Program-made: the position numbers and the translations under genes
Notes under the pieces: model-generated
The model's input: only the letters and a program-made list of their open reading frames with translations
What the model was told of the DNA's origin: nothing
Databases searched by the model: none
Shown: in pieces, positions 40,042-50,123 of the stretch
Position numbering within the stretch: the stretch's first letter is position 1
How the letters are laid out: the number at the start of each line of letters is the position of its first letter
Source: Cenarchaeum sp.
GTDB taxonomy: Archaea; Thermoproteota; Nitrososphaeria; Nitrososphaerales; Nitrosopumilaceae
DNA length: 64,000 bases
Reading direction: 5' to 3'
Assembly (NCBI GenBank): GCA_965212015.1
Contig: OZ243037.1
Span: 384,001-448,000 of the forward strand

Positions 40042-40322
40042 CGGTACGTCTTTTGTGCGCGAATATTTAAGAAAACATCCAAATCGGCGGCACGTGGCCT
40101 GCAAGCTGCCAATGACGCAAAACCTGCGCACGTGTCGCAGCGGGACCAGAAACGACTGACAGGCAGTTTGTGTAAAAACAGCAGTCAGGCCTTGGGCTCT
40201 GCCTAGTACCGCCCAAAAAGCGCGCCGCATCTGGCCACCCTCGTTTAGTGGTCCACGCCAAATCCCGACCCGTGCCGGGGGAGTTGGCAGACGAATCCCG
40301 GTCCGGGAGGCGGGGCCCTGAT

Positions 40323-40775
40323 CTAGTCAAACTCTACTGTCGCGTCAATCTCTGTCATCGAGTCCAGCGGCAGGCTTGAGACGCCTACTGCAATCCTCGA
40401 GTGCCTGCCGCGCTCCCCGAATATCTCAAAAAGCATGTCAGAGGCGGCGTTGATCACCTCCGGATGCCGCGTAAACTCTGGGGATGCGTTTACAAACCCG
40501 GAAATCCTGACAAATTTGGCAATCCTGTCGAGCGTTCCCAGCTCCCTTTTGAGCTGTGCCAGGATGTTGACTGCGCATATCCTTGCTGATGCTCTGGCAT
40601 CGTCAATGTTCCCATCGTTTGTCTTTCCGCCGTATGCAATCCTGCCGTCAACTACGGGGATCTGGCCGGAGACAAACGCCGTGCCGTCCAGTACGCTTAC
40701 CGGCACGTACGAGCCTGCCGGTGCTGGCGGATCCGGAATCACGATTCCGAGCTGTTCGAGTCTTTCGTCTATCAT
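40323..40775 (-). CDS. RidA/YjgF/UK114-family protein
   Basis: PAPAGSYVP, VSGQIP, GFVN, INAASD and GRHSRIAVGVSSLP motifs. Confidence 0.9.
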   Translation of the reverse strand: MIDERLEQLGIVIPDPPAPAGSYVPVSVLDGTAFVSGQIPVVDGRIAYGGKTNDGNIDDARASARICAVNILAQLKRELGTLDRIAKFVRISGFVNASPEFTRHPEVINAASDMLFEIFGERGRHSRIAVGVSSLPLDSMTEIDATVEFD

Positions 40776-40800
40776 GACATGCCCGTGCCGCCTCGTGCTT

Positions 40801-41961
40801 TTAGTTTTTTGCACCGAACTTTAGGTGCACCCTTTCGCCTTTTTGCACCTGGTTCTGGTATGTCATCTTTGTCTTGTATCCCGACTTTTTCAGGTATCCG
40901 TCAAGGAGCGCCACCCACGGAAGCGAGTGGCCGTTGTTTATCCTTGATTCGACAGAGATGTTTTTTGCCTTGGCATCCAGGATGGCATGCCCGGAGCACG
41001 TTATTTGCAGCGCGGAATCCACCATCTCGATTACCTCGCCGACGGATCTGTCCACGAGGCTTATGCCGTTTTTGTCAAGGATTCTCAGCAGGTCGAACCG
41101 GTTTTTTGATATCATCTCAGAGTCAAGCATGTGGCCCAGCGCGTTTTCATCGATTATGCGTATCATCCGGTAGATCTCTTGCGCCTCTGACTTGTTCATG
41201 TCAGACAGGCCGTATGTTTTTACGGCGTGCTTCCATGCGTGTGCAAACATTCCCGACTCGTTTGAGCCCAGAATGCCGGCAGACGGGAATATCTCACCGT
41301 TGCCGCTAGAGCCGTCGACTACCAGCAGGTCTGCCCCGTCAAAGATAAAGCAGTTCCGGACAGTCTCCGACGCCCTGATCTTTATTCCGCCAGGCAGCAT
41401 CCGGAATGACTCTGATCCCAGCTGCGATGCCGGAATTATCACCCCAACTTCGAGGTTTCTGCGCAGCGTCGCAAGAAGCTGCTCCTTGCACCCAGCAAGA
41501 AGCCCCAGCCCCCACTGATCCACCGTTATGTGAATCGAGTATTTCGCCCCCTCGATCATGGCGCCAAGCTGATCCTGGATGCTGCTTGCGGCCAGGTGAA
41601 AATACCTCTTTTCCTCAGTGCCGCGCGATTTCCTGCCGGCATCGCTTATCCTCTTTAGGCCAGAGACTAGCGCGTTCATGGCGTTTACCCTGCCCACCTG
41701 ATCCCGTATGACGCCATCAAATGCGTCTTCGGGGGCGATTGCAGTATACGTTATGGTTTTTTTTCTGGAAATGATTGCAAGCTTTTTGTCCTTTAGTTTG
41801 AGCAGGGTGGGATAGATTTTGGTTCTCGGCAGGCCCGAATAGTATGCAAGCTCGCTTGCCGACATTGTGCCCCTGGACAGGAGCGAAACGTATGCCTGCG
41901 ACTCGTACCTGCCAAGTCCGAACTCCTCCAGGCTGACTGCCAGCGCCTTTTCGTCGACCAC
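40801..41961 (-). CDS. TrmB-family transcriptional regulator
   Basis: LEEFGLGRYESQAYVSLL...ASELAYYSGLPRTKIYPTLLKL winged HTH; start placed at GTG 41961. Confidence 0.88.
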   Translation of the reverse strand: MVDEKALAVSLEEFGLGRYESQAYVSLLSRGTMSASELAYYSGLPRTKIYPTLLKLKDKKLAIISRKKTITYTAIAPEDAFDGVIRDQVGRVNAMNALVSGLKRISDAGRKSRGTEEKRYFHLAASSIQDQLGAMIEGAKYSIHITVDQWGLGLLAGCKEQLLATLRRNLEVGVIIPASQLGSESFRMLPGGIKIRASETVRNCFIFDGADLLVVDGSSGNGEIFPSAGILGSNESGMFAHAWKHAVKTYGLSDMNKSEAQEIYRMIRIIDENALGHMLDSEMISKNRFDLLRILDKNGISLVDRSVGEVIEMVDSALQITCSGHAILDAKAKNISVESRINNGHSLPWVALLDGYLKKSGYKTKMTYQNQVQKGERVHLKFGAKN

Positions 41962-42174
41962 GTGGCATTCTTTTCTAGTTGTTAGGTAAGAGCGGGTGTA
42001 AAATCCCTTTACCAAACTGCTCAAAAAAAGTGCCAGTTGTACCTGTAGGGGCGGCAGGGCACAGTTAACGTGCAAAACCGCAGTCTGCCGTATCGTACTA
42101 AAGCAATTTTGATCGCATGCTCTAAATTAAGCAATCCCCGTGCTAATCAAAGCCCTCGTACAGGTTAATGCCAG

Positions 42175-42561
42175 TTGGGCATCATAAAAGGCAGGAATCA
42201 GGGGGACGCAGTCAAAAACACGTCAGAGATGGTCAAAAGGCATCTCGCGAGGATTACAAGGTCCAAAGAAGAGCAGGTATCAAGGCTTAGCGCAGAGGAG
42301 CTGCGGGATTTCGACAAAATCCTCCAGATAACGAGCTTTCTCTTGTGCAAATACGAGGACAAAAAGGCGGTTTATTCGCTGTTAAGCGAGTTCGTATCGA
42401 CGATTCACGCCTCTATTGACTCGCTAGACAGAATAGACGACAAAATCAGCGAGATTGTGCTGTCTGCGGACTGCGGCGTACGGGGCATAAAAGAGATTCA
42501 TGCCAGGGTCTCTGAGAACCTGATGGCAAGGCCGTCCCCCGAACCTCCCGCCGCCCCGTAG
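42175..42561 (+). CDS. Hypothetical helical protein upstream of cdvC
   Basis: 128-aa ORF with protein-like composition; no recognisable motif. Confidence 0.6.
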   Translation: MGIIKGRNQGDAVKNTSEMVKRHLARITRSKEEQVSRLSAEELRDFDKILQITSFLLCKYEDKKAVYSLLSEFVSTIHASIDSLDRIDDKISEIVLSADCGVRGIKEIHARVSENLMARPSPEPPAAP

Positions 42562-42660
42562 GGCCGGAAAGTGGTGGAAATAATTTAACCAATTCTTCGA
42601 TAGCAGTTTACACCCATGAATACCAACCAAGATCAACAGTTAATGCCTGACAGGTAATTT

Positions 42661-43857
42661 ATGATGAGTTTAGCCCCACAAGAGTTGGAAAACAGCGCAA
42701 GCAGGCACGCATCTGAGGCCATAAAGTGCGATTCGCAGGGCGCGCGCGGCATGGCCATAACAAACTATCAAAAGGCCATCGACTCGCTGATGAAGCTGTT
42801 GCGGCTTTATCCGCACAGCAAGCTCAACCCCATCTACAAGGAGCGAGCCGCATCATACCAAAAGAGGATAAAGATACTGCGCGAGTCAAGCTCAGTCGAG
42901 CCGGCAGTGGATCCTAGCGCGTCTCCCTCGGAGAGAAAGGCCAGCCTGGAGGGCCAGCAGGCAAAAAACGACTTTGAGGACATGATAATGAAGGAAAAGC
43001 CAAACATCAGCTGGACAGAGGTAATCGGGCTGGATGATGCGAAAAACGCGCTGCGCGAGTCAATCGTATATCCGTCGCAGAGACCCGACCTGTTTCCGCT
43101 GGGCTGGCCCCGCGGAATGCTGCTGTACGGCCCCCCCGGATGCGGAAAGACGATTCTGGCCGCCGCGACTGCAAGCGAGATTGACGGTTATTTTATCAAT
43201 GTTGATGCCGCATCGATGATGAGCAAGTGGCTCGGCGAGGCAGAAAAAAACGTCTCGAATCTTTTCAAAATGGCCCGCAGCAACGCAGAAAAGGAGGACA
43301 AGCCGGTCATACTGTTCGTCGACGAGGTGGACTCGCTTTTGGGATCAAGGAACAGCGAGGTGGGCGGCGAGATCAGGGTAAAGAACCAGTTTTTGACCGA
43401 GATGGACGGGGTGAACGGAAAGGGCAAAAACATAATGATGTATGTAATCGGGGCGACTAACAAGCCGTGGAGCCTGGACTGGCCGTTTTTGAGAAGGTTC
43501 CAGAAAAGAATCTATGTAAACCTGCCCACGATAAAGGCAAGGGAGAGCCTGTTTGAACTGTACACAAAGCCGCTCAAAAAGGACGCAAAGCTCAGGGTGC
43601 AGATGCTGGCAAAGCTCTTCGAGGGATACAGTGCAAGCGACATCAAGGACGTCTGCCAGTCCGCACAGCTAAAGGTGGTCCACGAACTGTTCGACTCTAG
43701 CGGGTATCACGAGCCAATCAAAGGCGAGGTGGCCACAAAGCCGCGAGACATTACGGTCTCGGACTTTAGGGAGATAATAACCCGGAGAAGGCCAAGCGTT
43801 TCAAACGAGATGCTGCGCGCATACTCAAAGTGGAGCGACGAGTTCAAGGCGCTATAG
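42661..43857 (+). CDS. cdvC: Vps4/CdvC AAA+ ATPase (MIT + AAA), ESCRT-like cell division
   Basis: N-terminal MIT domain (AIKCD...AITNYQKAI...Y.ERAASY..RI), Walker A GPPGCGKT, SKWLGEAEK pore loop, Walker B FVDEVD, GATNKPW and RRFQKRIY. Confidence 0.92.
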   Translation: MMSLAPQELENSASRHASEAIKCDSQGARGMAITNYQKAIDSLMKLLRLYPHSKLNPIYKERAASYQKRIKILRESSSVEPAVDPSASPSERKASLEGQQAKNDFEDMIMKEKPNISWTEVIGLDDAKNALRESIVYPSQRPDLFPLGWPRGMLLYGPPGCGKTILAAATASEIDGYFINVDAASMMSKWLGEAEKNVSNLFKMARSNAEKEDKPVILFVDEVDSLLGSRNSEVGGEIRVKNQFLTEMDGVNGKGKNIMMYVIGATNKPWSLDWPFLRRFQKRIYVNLPTIKARESLFELYTKPLKKDAKLRVQMLAKLFEGYSASDIKDVCQSAQLKVVHELFDSSGYHEPIKGEVATKPRDITVSDFREIITRRRPSVSNEMLRAYSKWSDEFKAL

Positions 43858-43897
43858 CCTGCGCGTCCGGACACGGGGGTTTCCGCAATTGCGATCA

Positions 43898-44700
43898 ATT
43901 ACCACGGGCACGTTTAGCGAGTCGCCATACCGGCGGTCCCTCGTTCATATAGCGGGTGGTGCCGCGCCTCTTTGAGTCCGGCGCGTTTATTGCAAACGGC
44001 TCGTCGTACAGCGTCTCGCAGAACGGTACGCCATCTATGTTCAGCCGCACGCACAGCTCGTCTTTGTCTGCGGGCAGGCACCGTACGCGCGATACCACAA
44101 ATGCGGCGTCCTGGACTATCACGCTGTTTTCGCTTGAATATTCCAGTCCATCCTGTACGTGGAGTCCAGGTTAGTTGCGTATCAGGTTTACGTTAATCTG
44201 CGCCTCTGCCAGGTTTAGGGGCGAGCCTATTCCGGGCGTGCCAAAGCCGATGTTAAACGGGCGCAGGCCGTTTTGCGCGTACGCCTTGGCGCAAAGTCGC
44301 AAAGCGAGTCAGTCCATGGTATTGCCGTTTGTAATCGACGTGATAGTCAGTTACGTCGCGGCAGACATTGTCCATGGAATAGCCGCAGTCCACTGTTTTT
44401 TGGCCAGTCGTGTACGACTTGGCAAACGTCGGCTTTGTCCCCCACTGCGTGCCGTCATCGCCGTCTGGCGATGTGCACTCGCCAAAGACGATGGTGTCGG
44501 TTATAATAGCCGTGTTGCCGTCCGCATCGGTGGCAGTAATGGCGACCGTATTTCACACCAGATCGACACAGGTGTGCCCCTCATTGGCCAGGACAAGACA
44601 CGGCATCTCGTCGGCGTTCTGTGCCGTCATGGGCACGACTTTGATCAGATCACCGCCCGTGTCAATTACCGTCACATAGGACGCTGCGGCAAAGGCGGCA
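43898..44700 (-). pseudogene. Degenerate sixth copy of the giant surface protein (C-terminal domain plus an Ig fragment)
   Basis: About 43910-44460 aligns by eye to the shared C-terminal domain (KPTF.KSYTTGQK.VDCGYSMDNVCRDVTDYHVDYK; LYDEPFAINA.DSKRRGTT.YMNEG) with indels and stops. The upstream remnant VAITATDADGNT is Ig-like. Confidence 0.85.
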
Positions 44701-44988
44701 TTCTTTGGAGGGGCCGGCATGGAATGCGCAATCTCGAATCCCCCATCCGGGCGGCAATAGAAAGGCTGCCATCGGCAGGCTCCTGCATATGCCCTTGCCA
44801 GAAAACGCCTTTCCTGTGTGCCAGACGGCATATTTTCCAGCATCCGCCCCTTCCTTGACTATACATTAGGGGGCACGCACGCTCGTGATCCAAACATGTG
44901 CTAGCCGAAAAGGCCGGATCTCCCGTTTAAATGAAATTAGGCACAACTTTCAATTATCCAAAAAACATAAATTCGCAACTCTAACCAC

Positions 44989-46161
44989 TTGACGAGGGTC
45001 ACAATTTCCACTAAAAAATCACAACACGCAGGCAAAAACGCCAAACTGATCTTCGATGACGGGACGGTTTTGGAGGGGAGCGGATTTGGCCATCCGGCCA
45101 CCGTTTATGGTGAGATCGTCTTTAACACGGGGATGGTCGGATATACAGAGACCCTCACCGATCCGTCATATCGCGGTCAAATCCTGACCATTACGTACCC
45201 GCTTGTCGGAAACTATGGCGTGCCAGACGGCAGCCAGAAGGACGGGGACGGCATATCAAGATACTTTGAGTCAGACAAAATCCAGATCCGCGGCCTGGTA
45301 GTCCACGAGCTCTCCACCACTGCAAGCCACTGGAATCTTGCAATGACGCTAGACGAATGGATGTACAACGAGAAAATTCCCGGAATATCGGGCATCGACA
45401 CGAGGCAGCTGACAAAAAAACTCCGGGACGGCGGCGTGAGGATGGCCGCCCTGGCAGTATCAGACGGCCAGATATCCCCAGACGGAATAGCCGGTGATCT
45501 CAGGCGCGCAAAAAAATACGATTCAGAGGAGTTTATGGATGCAGTGTCCACAAAAAAGACACAGTCGTTTGGCAGCAGCGCAGATGCCGTGGTGGTGATA
45601 GACACGGGTGCAAAAAACGCAATACTGCGAAACGTCTGCGAGATGGGATACAGGGCAGTCAAGGTGCCGTGGAACGCGCCGATTGAGGACATACTATGCC
45701 ACAACCCGAGCGGCGTGATAATCAGCAACGGCCCCGGAGACCCGCAAAAATGCCCCGACACCATAAGGACTGCAAAGTCGCTGATTCAAAAAAACATACC
45801 CACGCTCGGAATCTGTCTTGGCGCGCAGATAATAGGACTGGCAGGAGGTGCGGAGACGTACAAGCTAAAGTACGGACACCGCGGACAGAACAAGTCGTGC
45901 CTCAACCTGGGGGACGGCCAGGTATATGTGACCAGCCAGAACCACGGATACGGCATCAGCCCGCAGTCACTTGACGGCTCCGAGTTTGACCTGTGGTTTA
46001 CAAACACCGACGATCACACAGTGGAGGGAATAAGGCACAGGACCCAAAACTGCATCGCCGTCCAGTTCCATCCCGAGGCGTCCCCGGGACCTTACGATTG
46101 CAAATTCGTTTTCAAACAACTGCAAGCCATGATGGAGGAGGGAAACCCTGCCAAAAAATGA
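44989..46161 (+). CDS. carA: Carbamoyl-phosphate synthase small subunit
   Basis: GEIVFNTGMVGY.E.LTDPSY.GQI, GIDTR, SNGPGDP, GICLG, GHRGQN, SQNHGY and QFHPEASPGP motifs. Confidence 0.97.
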   Translation: MTRVTISTKKSQHAGKNAKLIFDDGTVLEGSGFGHPATVYGEIVFNTGMVGYTETLTDPSYRGQILTITYPLVGNYGVPDGSQKDGDGISRYFESDKIQIRGLVVHELSTTASHWNLAMTLDEWMYNEKIPGISGIDTRQLTKKLRDGGVRMAALAVSDGQISPDGIAGDLRRAKKYDSEEFMDAVSTKKTQSFGSSADAVVVIDTGAKNAILRNVCEMGYRAVKVPWNAPIEDILCHNPSGVIISNGPGDPQKCPDTIRTAKSLIQKNIPTLGICLGAQIIGLAGGAETYKLKYGHRGQNKSCLNLGDGQVYVTSQNHGYGISPQSLDGSEFDLWFTNTDDHTVEGIRHRTQNCIAVQFHPEASPGPYDCKFVFKQLQAMMEEGNPAKK

Positions 46162-49100
46162 GACGCTGAAAAAGATTCTCGTTCTAGGCAGCGGGGCAAT
46201 AAAAATCGGAGAAGCCGGCGAAAGTCGCTAAAACGACCGCAAATTTGACTACTCCGGTAGCCAGTGCCTCAAGGCAATTCGCGAGGACGGACTGCAAAGT
46301 GTGCTGATAAACCCAAACATCGCCACGATTCAGACGGACACCAGGTTTGTGGACAAGGTGTATTTGCTTCCAGTCGACAGGCAGTATGCGGGATCCATAA
46401 TAGAGTCCGAGCGGCCCGACGGCCTGATGCTTGCCTTTGGCGGCCAGACTGCGCTCAACTGCGGCGTGGCCCTAGACGAGTCGGGAATCCTCAAAAAATA
46501 CGGAATCAAGGTCCTGGGAACGCAGGTGTCCGGAATCAAAAGGACCGAAAACAGGCAGCTCTTCAAGGACTCGATGAAGGAATGCGGAATGCCGGTCCTC
46601 AAGAGCAGCACCGTCACCAGCTTTGATGACGCAAAAAAGGCCGCAAAAGGCCTGGGATACCCCGTCATCGTGCGAGTCGCATACACGCTGGGCGGAAAGG
46701 GCGGCGGCGTGGCATACAACGAGATTGAGCTACACGAGATAGTAGAGCGCGGCATCAATGCGAGCCTTGTCGGGCAGGTCCTCATCGAGGAGTATATCGG
46801 CCACTGGAAGCAGATAGAGTACGAGGTGATGCAGGACTGCTCTGCAAACAGCGTCATCGTATGCAACATGGAAAACGTGCTTTCGATGAGGGTGCATACG
46901 GGCGACAACATTGTGGTGGCCCCCTCGCAGACCATCAACAACCGCGAATACCACATGATGCGCTCCGCTGCGCTGCGTGCCACAAGGCACGTGGGCATAA
47001 TCGGCGAGTGCAACATACAGTACGCCCTTGATCCCGGCTCGGACAGGTATGTCGCAATAGAGATAAACCCGCGCCTTTCGCGCTCCTCTGCGCTTGCCAG
47101 CAAGGCCACGGGGTATCCGATAGCGTACATGGCAGCAAAGATCGGGCTGGGCTACTCGCTGCCGGAGCTCTCAAACCACATTACAAAGTCGACTACGGCG
47201 TGCTTTGAGCCGTCGCTTGACTATATAGTCTGCAAGCATCCGCGCTGGGATTTCTCAAAGTTCGAGCAGGTAAACCGAAGGATAGGTGTCACCATGAAGT
47301 CAGTAGGCGAGGTAATGGCAGTGGGCAGGACGTTTGAGGAGTCGCTTCAAAAGGCGATTCGCATGCTCGATATCGGGCGCGACGGCCTAGTCCTGAACAG
47401 GACCGACGGCAGCACGTACGACGAGGAACAGATAGAAAACCACCTTGGCAATCCCGATGATCTCATACTGTACCATGTCGCAGCAGCGCTAAAGAAGGGG
47501 ATTTCAGTCCAAAAGATATACGCGCTCTCCTCCATCGATCCGTGGTTTATAGAAAAGATAAAAAACATTGTCTGCGTCGAGGAGCAGATCAAAGGCGGGC
47601 TGGATGCAGGAATGCTGCGCCGGGCCAAGGCGTCCGGATTTTCTGACAGGCAGATTGCGCACGCCGTCAGCTCCACGCCCGAGGAGATACGCAAGATGCG
47701 CAAGGAGCACCGCATAGTGCCGTGCGTCAAGCAAATAGACACGCTGGCAGCAGAATGGCCCGCAAAGACGAACTATCTCTACCTTACCTACGGGGGATGC
47801 GCCAACGACATCAAAGTCGAGCAGGACAAAAAGGGGATAATGGTGCTAGGTGCCGGCCCGTACAGGATTGGCAGCAGCGTAGAGTTCGACTGGGGGACAG
47901 TCAACATGGTAGGCGGCCTCAAAGAGCACGGCGAAAAAAACGTCTCCATAGTAAACTGCAACCCCGAGACTGTCTCGACTGATTACGACATTTGCGACAG
48001 GCTGTACTTTGAGGAGATTACCGACGAGAGGATTCTGGACATTGTAGAGTTTGAGGATCCAAGGGGGGTGATAACGTGCGTGGGCGGCCAGACGGCAAAC
48101 AACCTTACGCCAAAGCTTGCAGAGTGCGGCATAAGCATACTTGGAACCAGCGCAAAAAACGTCGATTCGGCGGAGAACCGCTCAAAGTTCAGCAGCGTGC
48201 TAGACACGCTGCACATAAAGCAGCCGCTGTGGCAAGAGTTCACAAGTTTGGGCGAGGCCAAGAGCTTTGCCCAGCAGGTGGGCTATCCGGTAATCGTGAG
48301 GCCATCGTACGTCCTGAGCGGCGCGGCGATGAAGACCGTATGGTCGCAGGGGGAGCTCAAGACGTACGTCAAGGAGGCAACTGACGTCTCGCCGGATCAC
48401 CCCGTCGTCATATCAAAGTTCATGCTAGACTCGCTAGAGGTGGACGTCGACGGCGTCTGCGACGGCAAAAACATAGTCATCGGTGCAATCGTCGAGCACA
48501 TCGACAGCGCCGGCGTCCACTCGGGTGATGCAATGATGTGCATTCCGCCGTGGAGGCTAAGCAACAAGGTAATCGAGACCATAACTGACTATACCAACAA
48601 GATTGCGCTGCGCTTTGACATACGCGGCCCGTTTAACCTGCAGTTTCTGGTGCACGAGGGGCACGTATACGTGATAGAGCTAAACATACGCGCGTCGCGA
48701 TCCATGCCGTTTGTCTCAAAGCTCGTAAGGCTGAACCTCATTCATCTTGCGGCAGGAGCGATTTTGGGCAAGGGCCTGCCGGATATTCCCAACGACCGGT
48801 GGAAAAAGACCAACAACTATGGGATAAAGGTGCCGCAGTTCTCATTCATGCAGCTAGACGGGGCCGACATTGTGCTCGGAGTGGAGATGCAGTCCACCGG
48901 CGAGGCCGCCTGCTTTGGCACCAGCTTTTATGACGCGCTATCCAAGGGACTCACCTCCGTGGGGTACAACCTGCCAAAGTCCGGCACCGCCCTAATCACG
49001 ATAGGCGGCACGAAAAACAAGGAAAAGCTGCTCTCCACCGTGGCGCACCTGAAAAGCCTGGGATTCGAAATCCTGGCCACCGAGCACACTGCAGAGTTTT

Positions 49101-49471
49101 TCCAGGAAAAGATACCGGACATAAAGATAGTGCACAAGATAAGCGAGCCGGAGCGAAAGCCGAACATATCGGATCTTCTGCATGGCAGAAAAATCGACTT
49201 TATCATCAACATTCCGAGCACGTCGACTCTGGAAAAATACGTGGGCATGCTGTACGACGAGTACCAGATAAGAAGAAAGGCCCTCGAGCTGGGAATCCCG
49301 GTCCTTACCACCACCGAGCTTGCCGAGTCGTTCGTAAAGACGCTGGAATGGCTCCAAAACAACGAGACTACAAAGCTGCCACTGGCCCCCTACAAGGAGG
49401 TGTTCTATGACCGTGGAACACGAGGGACGGAGGATGCGCGCCCGTCCGGCACGAAGCATTCAGCAGACTAA
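46148..49471 (+). CDS. carB: Carbamoyl-phosphate synthase large subunit, interrupted by a putative 21-nt intron (exons 46148-46222 and 46244-49471; 1100 aa if spliced)
   Basis: From CTG at 46148 the frame reads PKNETLKKILVLGSGAIKIGEAGE[SR*NDRK]FDYSGSQCLKAIREDG, in frame with the 46301 ORF. Two ATP-grasp halves (GAGPYRIGSSVEFDW, RPSYVLSG) and an MGS domain follow. Confidence 0.95.
46223..46243 (+). other. Putative archaeal bulge-helix-bulge(-like) mini-intron in carB mRNA
   Basis: AGTCGCTAAAACGACCGCAAA, containing an in-frame TAA. Predicted fold: GGCG/CGCA central helix, AAA and AAU bulges, GUCG/CGAC intron stem, and exon-exon stem CGGAG/CUCCG. Confidence 0.8.
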
Positions 49472-49508
49472 TTTTTATAGTAATTTGGCGTACAGTTGGC
49501 AGGTAAAA

Positions 49509-49592
49509 ATGAAAAGATTCAAGCATACGAATTTAGAGTTGGAACTGGCCAAGATAAAGGCAGAAAAGGCCAAAGACAAAAAGAGGAAATAG
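49509..49592 (+). CDS. Putative 27-aa highly basic small protein
   Basis: MKRFKHTNLELELAKIKAEKAKDKKRK; TTTTTATA about 30 nt upstream and a T-tract after the stop. Confidence 0.45.
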   Translation: MKRFKHTNLELELAKIKAEKAKDKKRK

Positions 49593-49694
49593 GCGCCGCC
49601 TCTGATTTTTTTTATGCCGGCACATTGACGGTTTCAGGCCCCCCATGGCAGGCGTTTGAAAAAGCACATAAGGTGCGATTGGCACAAATAGGGA

Positions 49695-50111
49695 TTGGCA
49701 GTCTGGCTTGGCCCCATATTTTTAAAAGAAGAGGGCGGATACGAGATAGTCATGCGGGCCCTTGAGCACTATACCAGGAGGCTAAGGACCGTCGGCGCGT
49801 CCCCGGAGCTGGAATCAGCCGCAATGTTTTCGCAGATCGTGCTACAAGAGGCGCGCAAAAAGCACCCAGAGGTCGCAGGCCTGCTGTCCCGCATGCGGCG
49901 GTGCCTTGGCGACGCATCAGGCCTCGGGACGCTGGAAAAAGACATTCCCGTGTTTGTTGCCGCCCTAGAGTCGTACAATGCCGACATGCTCAAGGCCAGG
50001 GACTCCCGGCACGAGTACTATCAAAGGCTGGTCGACGCATCCCGCATCACCGAAGACGAGATGGCCGCAGTCCGGACGGCCCTGAAAAAGATCCGGTCGT
50101 ATGCTGAATGA
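49695..50111 (+). CDS. Hypothetical helical protein
   Basis: 138-aa ORF (WLGPIFLKEEGGYEIVMRALEHY..RL). Confidence 0.7.
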   Translation: MAVWLGPIFLKEEGGYEIVMRALEHYTRRLRTVGASPELESAAMFSQIVLQEARKKHPEVAGLLSRMRRCLGDASGLGTLEKDIPVFVAALESYNADMLKARDSRHEYYQRLVDASRITEDEMAAVRTALKKIRSYAE

Positions 50112-50123
50112 CTGCATTGTCCG

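Noticed and set aside
43898-44460. Diversity-generating retroelement template/variable repeat pair
   Set aside because: No reverse transcriptase is present in the window. Mismatches to the paralogs involve both A and T positions plus indels, so they are not adenine-specific on one strand.
46229-46231. Stop-codon readthrough or Sec/Pyl recoding in carB
   Set aside because: The codon is TAA, and readthrough would leave 7 extra residues inside a highly conserved motif.
46301-49471. carB start at 46301 as in the ORF track, or carB as a plain pseudogene
   Set aside because: A start at 46301 would delete the conserved GSG...GEFDYSG N-terminus, which is present in frame upstream. The only lesion is a structured 21-nt insert.
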